Of a stretch of 59,385 bases of DNA, positions 47,163 through 59,385 are shown in pieces. The stretch's first letter is position 1, and each line of letters opens with the position of its first letter. The notes beneath the pieces are model-generated. The model was not told where the DNA came from. It saw nothing but the letters and a program-made list of their open reading frames with translations, and did no database searches. A program made the position numbers and the translations under genes. Origin of the DNA: Vicugna vicugna (lineage: Eukaryota); the NCBI GenBank assembly GCA_013265495.1, contig MU058584.1:620001-679385 (forward strand), given 5' to 3'.

Positions 47163-48119
47163 AGCTATAATACAAAGGCAGGGCTTCCATGTAGATTAAT
47201 ATCCAGATTTGAGGACCGAAATTTCTGAAGTATGGAGCATTTTAAGGAACGCACTTCAAGGAATGCTGATGGTTAGAGATGAGAGAACAGGGGGAGTCAG
47301 GGCCACAATAGCCCATTAGAGAGAAATTGTAATCATCAGTAAGTTCCTACTGTGGGTGAGTGCTAGAACACATTGCTTCCTTAATTATGACCAAAACTCT
47401 ATAAAATAGACTGTCTTATACCCCTGTGGCCAGTGAAGAAGCTGACCCTAAGAGGGGCTGAGTAACATGGCCCGACTCACACAGCTGTAAGTGATGAAGT
47501 CAGATAAGTTGAGTGCCTTACACAGAGGATGAATAAAGTAGTCTAAGATATGGTAGCAAATAGACTCCCAAAGTTCCAGGGACTTTATGTCTTGCTCACG
47601 TGAAAGTCCTGCATGGAAGTTCATGCCAGCAGGTCAGCATGTTTCCACATGGCCTTTCAGGGACCCCTTCTAACACTGATCCTTGCATCTTCAACACATG
47701 GCTCCCCACGGCACCCTTGGCATCAACACTGCCATCCGGGGAACGTGAGCTCCAAGAACACACATGGGAGAGTCCTTGGACCAAGCCTAGAAGTGGCATA
47801 CATTATTTTGGACCAAACTTTATTAAGGAGAACATGGTTATTACAGCCATACTTAAGTGAGAGAGCATTTGACAAAGTAATCTAGCTGTGTGCCCAAAGA
47901 GGAAGTTGATTTTGGTGGATAAAACACATTCACATATATGTTTCTCGTAAAAAGCTAAACATCGTTAGACGGTGACCAATGCAATAGAAATTCCAACAGA
48001 ATGTGACAGGTAATATGTTGGAGGAACTGTGGTGCGGTGCACGGTTGTATGAGGAGGACCCTAACTGCTACGGGGGATTAGGGAAGGCTTTCCAAGAAAA
48101 CTATTTTTTAATGTCCTTA

Positions 48120-48494
48120 ATAATATTTGATTGTGATAAAATACTTACAAAATTCACCATCTTAACGATTCCTAAGAATATAGTTCAGTGGCCTTAAGTA
48201 CAGTCACAGCATTGTGTTCCATCACCACCATCCATCCACAGAACTCTTTTTATTTTGCAAAACAGACACTATGTACCTATTAAACAATAATTCTCCATTT
48301 TTCCTCCCACCTGAGTCCCTGGCCACCTCCATTCTACTTTCTGTCTCTGTGAATTTGACTACTCTAGGTACCTCAGATAAGTGGAATTATACAGTATTAG
48401 TTCTTTTGTGACTGGCTTATTTCATTTAGCTTAAAGCCCTCCAGGTTCATCCAGGTTGTAGAATTTTCTTCTGTTTAAGGCTGAATAATGTTCC

Positions 48495-48542
<48 letters not shown>

Positions 48543-48655
48543 ATACATCACATTTTGTTTATCCAGTTATTCGTCAGTGGACAATTGGGTTGGGTTGCTT
48601 TTCCCTTTTTGGCTGTTGTAAATAATTCTGCTATGAACATAGGTGTACAAAAGGG
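48120..48655 (-). mobile_element. L1MB-like 3' fragment containing a (TG)n repeat
   Basis: cattctactttctgtctctgtgaatttgactactctaggtacctca. Confidence 0.82.
48497..48540. repeat. (TG)22 microsatellite
   Basis: Perfect dinucleotide run. Confidence 0.97.
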
Positions 48656-49014
48656 AACAATATTTCACCAGAGATAAATGAGTAAAGACTCCTAAGGGAA
48701 GGGTTGGGAAGTGTGGAGGGGAGCAAATTCTAGACTGAGATTATTCTGCGGGCAAGGGACTACAAGGCTGAGGATATGGGCATGTTGCTGCTGTCAACAA
48801 ACAGGAAATTCAGGAAATTTCATTTGTTGAGACCCAGGCATTCACACAGACACTGCCTTTGGCTATGCAGGTGGTGCCTTGCACATTCCAGGGGGATGCC
48901 ATTCAGTGCAGTCTACAACCTGCACATCTATACAATATAAAACATTGAGTACCCTCTTCTCCATAAAGTCTCCCTGATTTTCCATCAAAAGTAGTCACTT
49001 CTGAAATCCTGCCT

Positions 49015-49430
49015 TTTGCAATAACATGTATAGACCTGAAGAACCCTATACTGAATGAAATAAGTCAGACACAGAAAGATAAATATTATATGATCTCACT
49101 TATATCTAAGCAGAGAGTAGAATGGTGGCTGCCGGGGATGGGGAGACGGTAGAGAAAGGGAGATATTAGTCAAAGGGTACAGAATTTCAGTTACGCAAAA
49201 TAAATAAAGCCTGGAGATCCGCATGGCACTGGGCCTATGATTAACAATAGTGCATTGTATATGTAAAAGGTTTATGTAGTTGCTAAGAGGCTAAAGCTTC
49301 TGTGTTTTTATTTCAAAGGTGAGGTGGGAGAAAAATTTTGGAGGTGACGGATAAGCTTAGGGCACTAGTATTAAATATCCACAGCTTTTTGTATGTCATT
49401 CATACCTCAAAGAAGCAGTAATGAAAAAAG
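49015..49430 (+). mobile_element. L1 3'UTR fragment(s)
   Basis: tgaaataagtcagacacagaaagataaatattatatgatctcacttat...tcaaagggtacagaatttcagtta. Confidence 0.8.
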
Positions 49431-52229
49431 AAAACACGTAATAAATTCCTCGAAATATTCTAAGTAAGGTGCCCAACACAAAGACGCATCAATGAATACT
49501 ATGGTTTTTGTTACTGTTTTAAAGTATAGTGCGTGAAGAAATTACAAAGCATCTAAGCACGTCACTTTGCATTCTTTCTATCAGTTGGTTAATCACATGC
49601 TTGATTAAAACAGAAAACTCGCTTCAGTTCTACACTCAAGAAAAAAAAAAGCATTCACTTCAATTTCATGTCACTCCTGTACCTATTTCATGCCAGGACT
49701 ATTGTACTTTTCTTGTTGTTTTCAAATTAATCTCCTTTTTGTCTCTCTCCCTTTCTAAGCTTTGAGTGCCTCAAGCCCAGATGCATCTTCCGACCCCCTG
49801 GTGCCCAGCTAGCATGGTTCCATACACATAGTAGGTGCTTAGTGACGTATGCCGTCAGCAACCCCTTTTTCTCCTCTCCTCTCCAGGCTCCCCTTGCTGG
49901 GCCCGCCTCAGGCAGCTCCTGACACTCAGATCTCCCTGTTATATGTGTCCTCCCCTTCATCAGTCTGTCTTCTGAATTCAAGATGTCCCATGGCTCCCTT
50001 GACAAACTAAAGTACTGGAATGTACATTAAGGGCAAGGGAATAGGGGAGGCTCTCCCAAGCAAAACATAGCATCTCCCAAGTATAAAATATTGCTTTGCC
50101 TGGCAATTCAATGATGGTTCAGCTGCCTCATTGGCCCCAGGTTGCAGTGAAGCCCTCGCTAGTATCTGAAATTTAGATAGAATTTCCTCAGTCCTTCAAC
50201 TTAATGATCTGGGGAAGCATCCCCAGGATTCCTACAAATCCCCAAGAACTATCTGTCTCCTGGAAAGCAGAAGGAATTGGGAGCATGCCAAGAAGCTGGC
50301 ATGTGTATATCACATGTGTAAAGCTGCAGGTGGTGTCACGATAAGAGGGTGCAGTTGTTGGAGCTGTCTCATGAATAGGATGGGAACAGGGTTGGGATCA
50401 GGGAGTGTGAAATGATATGAAATACTACATCTAATTTTGGAAAGCAGAAAATATTTCACAAGGGAGGGGGCATTTGAGATCTTGATCGTGAAGGATGGAA
50501 AGACTTTTCTTTTTTTAAAAGAAGAGGAATACAAGTAGTGGAGTAACATTATTGTTAGTTATGAGCATGTCCTGTGTCCAGGTACTTGGTATGCTGTCTG
50601 GATGAATATCTCCAACCATAGTAAGCAGTAGGCATGGCCACTCCCATTATTAAGGGATCCATTAATATTATTTTACCCTGTTTTTTTTCTCTCTCTAATG
50701 TTACTACTCTTCAGCTAGTCTCCCCAAAGCTGGAGATTATTCCAAATTCCTTCTCATTTATCCCTACATCCAATGATTAATCATGCTCTTTCTACCACCT
50801 AAATAGTCTTGTAACCATTCCTTCCCATCCATACTCATGACATACCTTAAATGTACATTCTCATTCTCTTTTCTGAATGAGTCAGTTATCTCTCTGCTAA
50901 GCCATACCTCTAGTTTCACCTCTTCCAAATCACAAGCATGATCTTTCTGAAAGAAAAAAAAATACTATTTCCCTACTGAAAAGTATGAGTTAGGATGGTT
51001 TATGTTGCATTTAACAGAAAACTTATGTCAAATTAATTAAATAAAGAAATTCAATAGGTAGCTTCTTGGCTCATGTACCATGAAGTTCAGAAGGAAAGCA
51101 GACTTCAGTGTTGACTTACTCTGGTGGTCCCAGCACCACTTCCCTGCAATTCTCTTGTGTCTGTTTCATTCTTCAGGCTGGTTGCAAGGTGTCTGCAGCA
51201 GTTTTGGTACTCACCTTTACAGTATGATGTTCATGGAAAGAGAAAGCCAAGGATCAATCTTCATACCACTTGGATAACACATGATGGAAGTCATGCAAAG
51301 TTGACATTGAGTAGAAAATCATGAGACCACTACATGAATAAGATCCAAACTCCTTTGCCTAACTGACAAGGCCCTTTGAGTGTTGGCCTCTGCTTGTCCC
51401 TCAAGACTCCTCCCTTCCACTTTTCTTTTCATACATAAGATCCAGCTATACAGAATTAATTGCACTTCCCCAAAGAGAACATGCTGTTTCAGATAACCCC
51501 ATTTTCATACATCTACATTTTCGTTTACATCTATGTCTGTATTTATACCATATACTTTCCACTTCCTGGGATGTCAGTCCCCTTTGATTAACTGGCAAAA
51601 CATATCCTGAAAGATCAAACTTAAATATCTTCTCTCATATGAATCCTTCTTTGATCTCTTGGATAAGCTTAGACAATGATTCCTCTGTGCCACTAATGTG
51701 CCCAGTTCCCACTTCAAATATGGCTCTCTGTTTTGCAGTTATTTGTTTTCTTCTTCATCTCCTTGACAAGATGATGAGCTCCTTGAAGGCAGGGACTACC
51801 TGAAACAGAAACTTCTCAGTTCCCCTCTCTACTGCCTAGCACAGTTCCCAGAACACACCAGATACTCATAAATATCTTTTGAATGAATGACGCTTGCCCT
51901 CAGCATCACTGTTTCCTCTCGTCTGTAGACTCCTCGTGCTGTTTTCCCAGCTCTGGCCAGGATACCCAATGCTGCCTTGCCAATCCTCAGATATTGCATT
52001 ATCACACTCAGGCATAAGCGGTCTTCTGGGTATCACCCCTGGGAGCAGTTCTCTCTCTAACGGGGTCTCACCAGGTGAACTAATCCATTTATATACGCTA
52101 TTGGTACACGCCCCCTCCCAGATATGTGCTTATTTCTTTTCCGTGTCCTTCAGTGATAATGACTCTGCTTCTTTGCCTGCCCTTTGAGTGTCCCTAATGG
52201 GCACTGGGACCAAGCTGGATGACAGATTT

Positions 52230-52976
52230 GGGTCCATCACTGGGTTATTGGTATAGCCTCCTACTGCCTCTCTGCTTCTGGTCTTGCCTCTCTTCGGTCT
52301 CTTCTTAATACATTCATCAAAGTGATCTTTTAAAATCATAGTCAGATTCACGTCTTTAATTCCTCAAAATTTTGCAAATTGTTTTTCCCTTCACTCAGAG
52401 TAAATGCCAGAAACCCTACCAGCCTAAAGAGTCCTGCCAGGTCTGTTCCCCTGCCCCTCATCTCTCTGGCTTCATCTCCTACTCTGCCTCTTGCTTGCTC
52501 TGCTCCAACCAAACTGGCCTCCTTAGTTACTCCTGAACACACCAGACACGCCTTTGAACGAAAGCTTTTGAGTGGGCTATTCTTGTCGCTCAATTGCTCC
52601 TTCCTCATTCACATGGATAATTCTCTCACATCCTCCAAGTCTTTGTTCAAATGCCATCTTCTCCATGAGGCCAACTCTGACTGCTCTTTGTAAAACTGAA
52701 GCTTCCCACACTCCACCTCCATGAACTCTTGGTTCTCCTCACTCTGCCTTTTCTTTTCCACTTTTACCATTGCTCTTGTATATTTCACACGTACTGCATA
52801 CTTTACTCATTTATTTACTAAGTTTATTGTTGTTGTCTGAGTGGGATAAAATACAAGCTGAACCAAAAGTCAGGGACCTTTATTTTGTTCACTGATATAT
52901 CCCAATGTCTAGAACAGTGTTTGTACTATGGGCATACCAGAAGTTTATGTGGAATGAATGAATGAATGAATGAATG
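52230..52976 (+). mobile_element. L2 3' end terminating in (GAAT)n
   Basis: agtgatcttttaaaatcatagtcagat...ttgttcactgatatatcccaatgtctagaacagtg...gaatgaatgaatgaatgaatg. Confidence 0.8.
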
Positions 52977-54714
52977 ATCTTGACACCTTTTTCACATGGT
53001 CCTTCTGAGAACATGGATTTGCAGAGTGCAGTGGTAGAATACATTTTTGGTACTTACTCTAGGGAGTTCTGTTCTCAGAAAAAGCTCAAAAAACAAATTA
53101 TTCTTATAGCTTATTATCCAAACTCACTAGAAACTTGCACAATGTAGCATTTGAGAAGTGCTAAAAATAAAAACATGTTGCAATTGTGGCTGTTAACTGT
53201 AAAATCTCCTGAATTGAGAAACAGCATGCCACCAAACTTTCACATATATTCTACATCCACTGGGTCCACTTCCTCCTCTCTCTTTAACACTTTACATTCT
53301 ACCTTCTATTTCTTTAATAACTGTTTTTAATAACTATGTTTATGCTATATTTATACTCAGTCTGGTTCTGATTTCTTTTTAGCTCCCCAAAGGCATCTAC
53401 TGAGAATCTCTAGTTTAACAACCACTTCTCAAAGATAAGAATCCTATGGTACTACTTTTAAAAAATTTCCTAACACCTAACACAGGACATTGCACAGATC
53501 AGGTATTCAATAAAAGTTCACTGAATGCATGAGTGGAGTCTCACCCTCTTCCTGTACTTTCTCTGCATTATATCATCTGAATGATTTTACAACATATTTG
53601 TGGTGGATGGCTTCAGCATTCTTAAATGACCTCAACTCCAAATGTACATGCCTCTGAAACCCACACTCCTATCAAGATACAGAACTTTGCTATAATCTTT
53701 AAGAGTTTACTTGTGTCTCATCCCAATTAATTCCTGCCCCCCCAACACCACCAGAGACAACCACTATTCTGATTTTTTTCACCACAAATTAGTTTTGACT
53801 GCTCAACAGTTTCCTATAACGGGAATCATAAGGTAAGCACTCATTTACATAAGGCCTTTTTCATGCAGTATAATCTTGCTAATACCTTGTTTAAGATATT
53901 TGCAATTAGGTTCATGAGTGAGAATTTAATTTCCTTTCATAAACTGTCCTTCTGATTTTAGTATAAAGATTCTTCCTTCTCTCCCCATGTTGATCTCTTC
54001 CTTTTGCCCAACAGCTAATACAATGCCTTTCATATAGAGAGTATGAAAAAATATATGAATAAATGGAGCTATAGTAATTTCGTGGTTGCTTTGAAGTTCA
54101 TTGTCTTCGTCAAACTCTATGACTCTTCAGATAAGAATGGCAATACCATCAAATTTAACCCTGGAAAGTTAGTCTTAACCAGATCCCAATGGCAAACTTA
54201 TTAATTATAATAAAACAATAATTTTAATAATAATAAACAAGACATTATTATTACATACTGTGGCTTACACTATTAATTGCCACCATCATTAACAACTCTA
54301 AAGCAGTGACCACTACAAAGTGCGTTTTAACATTTTAACCAGGATAAAACAGATACATATTCAGATTTTTTAAAAATATCTCTCTTACGAGGAAGAGAAA
54401 AAACACTTTGTAACTATGTGTGGTGACAAATGTTCACTAGCTTATTGTGGTGATCATTTCACAATATATGCAAATGTTGAATCATTAATGTTATACATCT
54501 GAAACTAATGTTATATGTCAATTATACCTAAAACAATAAAACGCTCTCATGCAGTCCCATCTCTTTTCGTAACTCTTGAGACTGTAAATTATCACATGTG
54601 TAAAATGTTAGGCGCAGAAGTCACAAGTGGATTCTGAAATTTTATTCCAGGCAATACCCTTGTTCTACAAACCCCATACAATCGTCTCTTCAGTGGCCCA
54701 CCCCTTTCTGACAT

Positions 54715-55096
54715 CTGTCTTAGTCAATTTTGGCTTCTGTAGTGAAATACCATAAATTGGATGGCTTATACACAACAGAGATTTATTTTTCACAGTTTTA
54801 GAGGCTAAAAATCTGAGATCAGGGTGCCAGCAAGGTCAGATCCTGGTGACAGCCCTCTTCTGGGTTGTAGCCTACCAGCTTCTTGTTGTATCCTCACATG
54901 ATGCAGAGCAGAGCACAGGGAGTAAGGTCTTGTGAGTCTTACAAGGCACCAAACTCGTCCGTGAGGGCTCTACCCTTATGACTTCATCTAATCCTAATCA
55001 CTTCCTGAAGGCCCCAACTCCTAATACCATTACATTGGGCTTTAGGGTTTCAATGCATGAATTTTAGGGGGGCACAAGTATTCAATTCATGGCACC
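54715..55096 (-). mobile_element. MaLR LTR (MLT1A-like)
   Basis: tgtcttagtc...tctgagatcagggtgccagca...ctcctaataccattacattggg. Confidence 0.82.
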
Positions 55097-55834
55097 ATCC
55101 ATTCTCTCCCTGTATATGCAAAGTGAGTGGCGAATATATAGCAGACAAGCCCAGAAATGTTCCTTGAGTGTCCATCATCATCTATAAGAAATATTTCCTT
55201 CCCTGGCAATCGTGCAAGCCTAGATGTACAAAGCAACATAGAATGAAGAGCAATGGAGTAATATTAGCAAGAGTCCTGTGAAAGATTGAAGAGGAGAAAC
55301 ACTGGCAGGACAACATCATCAAAGACAGAAACTTCCATGGTGGAGGAGAACTCTGAGCTGAACCTTTAGGAAGTATTTAAGCTTTTGTGGTACCCAAAAG
55401 ATGAAAAGAACGCACAGATTATACATAGACCTGTGAGATAGGTTTCATTATTATGAAGACCAGTGGCTTCTACCTTGGCTACCTAACTCATGGACTGGGA
55501 AAATGGAGTGAACTAGATTCTGTCCTTGGTTTTAGCAATGGAAGAAAGTAAGTGACTGCCAGATGAATTGAGTTTGAAAATATCTTCTTGATCCGAGTGC
55601 CACATTACCTGGGAGTGTTCAGTTTGTGAAAATTCATTCAGCTATATACCCATGACTTGGACATATTTCTATATATGTTATGTTTTAATCTGTAATTTTA
55701 CTTAAAAATACTTCATTTAATTTACATATTATAGGATCATCTTTACATCTCTGGAAAGGTTAAGGGGCTGGGTCGTTCACAATCTGGAATTACTTGGTTT
55801 GTCATTAGTTTTATCAGAGTCCAGTAAGTAAGCT

Positions 55835-56000
55835 AGCTGTGTAACCGTAGGCAAGTTACTTAGCTTCTCAAGGCCTCAGTTTCTTCATCTGTAAGATGGA
55901 GATAGTAATAGTATATCCACCTTAAGGGGTACTTCTAAAGGTTAAATTAGTTAATACATATAGAGTGTTTAGAGCAGTGCCTGGGACATATAAGTACTTT
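55835..56000 (+). mobile_element. MIR SINE
   Basis: ggcaagttacttagcttctcaaggcctcagtttcttcatctgtaagatggagatagtaatagta. Confidence 0.8.
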
Positions 56001-58870
56001 AAAGAAAGAAAAATTAAAAAGCAGGTGTTCTTGGCTTACTTCACTTTTATAGTCACAAAAATCTAGATCAGAGTTTACAACCAGGTTCCATGGAACCCTA
56101 ACATGTGAGTTCAGCAAGAAATTGTGATTGAAAACAAAACCCATCATTTTTGTATGTTATGTGCTGCCCAGTGCTAGTGCTTGCAGTGAGGGACGGTGAC
56201 CCCACGGCCCTGTTAACAATTTCATTAGGAGATATTTTGGCCTCATTGGTTGGCACAGTAGGACCATGTTCATTTAGTTGGTTTGTTCTCAGTTTTCAGT
56301 GTGGTCAATGGTGAGTTCTGTATCACATGGAAGGGGGGACTGTAGGCTGATGACATTAGCCCCTCCTCTCCACAAGGCACCCCCCAACCACCCCTTATAA
56401 GCCACCAACCCCCAGCTGTCTTAACCGGAGTGAACAAACTTTACTGGCACGATAGAAAACCAGAGGGAAATTTTCATTCTAAAGAAGGAACTGTCTTGTA
56501 CCACAACTCAGCTGCTCCCTGCTGCTTTACAATTGTTGTAAACATTGCAAAACATGGATTATTTAGGTTAGAAGTAAATTGTATTGTGAAGTTTTCATAT
56601 TCCTTGCAATTTTCTCATTTAGTTACTTTTTTGTACCCTTCCCTTTGATATAATATTAGCAATTATGTTTTACCAAGATGGCTGATGATCACATGTGGCC
56701 ATTTTTGAAGATGAGGCATAAAATGAAAGAGGAAGAGTTTAAACTTATGTTTGTGGAAAGTTCTGCTGAGGTTAGTGATTAAAACAAAAGTACAGTCATC
56801 TGAATCATTTCACTACATTTGTGCAATAAAGGACATAAAAGAAGTCCATCCTTAGAATGAAGGCTGATTATCAGTGGGTTTTGCATGGGCTGGTAATCCA
56901 AGTTTTCTATTCCATTTTGGTGGGCTCATAACGACTCCTAAAGATATGCCCATTCTCTATTCCCCCAAACCTGCGAATGTTACTTTATTTGGGAAAAAGA
57001 AATAAGTTGTATTCTGTATTTGTGGTTTCAAAAATAACATTTTCCTATAAAAACAATCACACATAACAATTTTATAACTGCTGCATTTGTATTTGAGCCC
57101 GATCATGTCACTCAGGAAGAAAATATTTTTTAACTTTTGTATAAATTTGTATCTTCAATTAGATTTTTATTCAGATTGTTTGGCTTATGATTTTAATAGC
57201 TTAACTCTTCAATAAGTGTTAATGAAATGCCATGTTGCAGATAACATTAATTAAAATAATTGTATAGCTTTTATTTAAATTAAATCAAACAAGTCTACCT
57301 TTAGGAACATTAAAGCTCATTTTGGCTTAAGTCAGTCATTCAACAAAAATGTATTATCGGCCTTATGAATTTTTAAAAATCATGAAAAGAAAGGTTGATT
57401 TCAAGAAAGGTAAGCTTAACTACCTATTTTTTTTTCAAGAAAGTTTTGCTAAAAAGCAATGTTTAGTTTTAAATACGGGGAAAACTACTCTTCCCCATGA
57501 AATGTTCCACATAGTGCGTATACCTCATTAGCATCTCACCCAGTAGGAATTTATTATAAGACCTTTATGCCTAGTTGGATAAGGCATAGCCAAGGGCATT
57601 TAAACAAAGGGAAAGCTTTGGGAAAGTTTTCTCTATCCAGAGCAATGACTTGCATTAGAGTTGTGAGCCATTATTAAGGGGGGAACCCCACACAAAAGTA
57701 CACTAACAATTGGGTCAAAAGAAGTAGATCTACAAAGAAACATCATTTGCTACTAAACAGAGCATTGACCTTTATTTCACTTTCCTGGTGACATAAGCCA
57801 GGATTTAATAATTTCTATTATTAGGGCTTCCCTGAGACCTGAAAATTATTTCCAAGATTTCTCCAGGGTAAGCAGATTGAGAAGACTGATCCCTACAGTG
57901 CATTGGCCTCCCTGCTCCTTATCTCATGTATTATTCAGGCTGTATTCAATGGTCAGAAACCACACCAGTAATTTGAACAGGGAAAATTTAATATAAAGAA
58001 TCAATACGTAGTAAAAGACAGTTAACTAAAAGGGATAAAAAAGGACACTAAGAAACACAAGAACAGGAAATACAGGAGGCAGCTACCACCTCCAGGTTTA
58101 AGGGAGAGACTGTCCAAGGAGGAAATGAAGACTTTGGATGAGGGCATCTGCCACGCAAGGCTGAATTCAGATCCTGTTGGAGAGAGTGTGGCCGCAGCTT
58201 AGCCCACAGGGCAACAGAGAAATTGGGAGGAAAAAAATCACTGGAGACTGTTAGGCCTCCCTCATGTCACTGGCGGCCACACTAGGAGGAAAACGAAGCA
58301 CTCTGGACCCAGAGAGAGAAGCCCCATTATCTGGCAGGGCCTCTCGAAGTGCCCTCTATCACTAACCAAGCCCACTGGTAGTGGAAAAATGTTTACAGGG
58401 TCCTGCTCCAGTGTCCCAAAGCAGCTCAGAGGAGAACGGATTTGAATCAGAGGCAATACATTGATCACAGGAGCATCTCATCTGTATCTTCATGTATCTT
58501 GCTAATAAGACATTGTCTCCCAAGTACATTTTATTTCTGTTAACATAGCGTGGAGAATATTTCCAAGCATATAAAATCACGTAATAGTATCTTTATAAAC
58601 TTTCTAACTGAACAAATTGAATATACTTATTCCTTAACCAAACACGTTTCCCATCCACCTAATGTATTTCTATTCTGATCAGTGACAACCATCAGTTACT
58701 AAGTAGCTTGCACTCTTCATAGACAGCTTAAGTTTTAGGTTTTATGGAAGTGTCATTTTTAAGTTTTTAAAACCCCTAGGATTTTGCTACAACTGCTTAA
58801 AATTTTCACCTTCCTCTTTCCTCTCAAGTAATGAGATGCTACTTTTAACACTTTATGACTCTTGATATTC

Positions 58871-59385
58871 TTTTTTTTTAACATTTTTTATTGATTCATA
58901 ATCATTTTACAGTGTTGTGTCAAATCCCAGTGTTCAGCACAATTTTTCAGTCATTCATGGACATATACACACTCATTGTCACATTTTTTTCTCTGTGATT
59001 TATCATAACATTTTGTGTATATTTCCCTGTGCTATACAGTGTAATCATGTTTATCTATTCTACAATTTTGAAACCCCAGTCTATCCCTTCCCACCCTCTA
59101 CCCCGCCCCCACCCCGGTAACCACAAGTCTGTATTCTCTGTCCATGAGTCTATTTCTGTCCTGTATTTATGCTTTGTTTTTGTTTGTTTGTTTGTTTTTG
59201 TTTTTTAGATTCCACATATGAGTGATCTCATATGGTATTTTTCTTTCTCTTTCTGGCTTACTTCACTTAGAATGACATTCTCTAGGAGCATCCATGTTGC
59301 TGCAAATGGCATTATGTTGTCGGTTTTTATGGCTGAGTAGTATTCCATTGTATAAATATACCACATCTTCTTTATCCAGTCACCT
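58871..59385 (-). mobile_element. Young lineage-specific L1 3' end, running off the window
   Basis: Poly-T, antisense 3'UTR and ORF2 end (tattccattgtataaatataccacatcttctttatcca). Confidence 0.92.

Noticed and set aside
1..59385. CRISPR arrays, rRNA or prokaryotic-type systems
   Set aside because: The sequence is intron-rich mammalian DNA with no regularly spaced repeat-spacer array or rRNA similarity

Overview
Mammalian genomic DNA, most likely camelid, judged from a Vic-1-like tRNA-derived SINE and young L1 3' ends. The window holds a complete 4-exon SH2D1B (EAT-2) adaptor gene on the minus strand (CDS 26714->9031, 133 aa). On the plus strand there is a 4-exon SLAM/CD2-family receptor gene (44623-46698, 236 aa) with a signal peptide, SLAMF6-like IgV, IgC2, and a SLAMF9-like Lys-containing membrane segment apparently cut short by a frameshift. 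Between them lie the decayed partners of each gene: a SLAM-family pseudogene (~31375-35180, +) whose IgC2 exon is split by a solo LTR, and a second SH2D1B exon 1 (43418-43551, -) with a CGA>TGA stop. The region reads as an old tandem duplication of a head-to-head EAT-2 adaptor / SLAM receptor cassette with reciprocal gene loss and patchy recent gene conversion. The rest is largely L1, L2, MIR, MaLR/ERV LTRs, DNA transposon relics and microsatellites. Repeat family names and boundaries are by eye and approximate, and homology statements come from recalled sequences, not searches.
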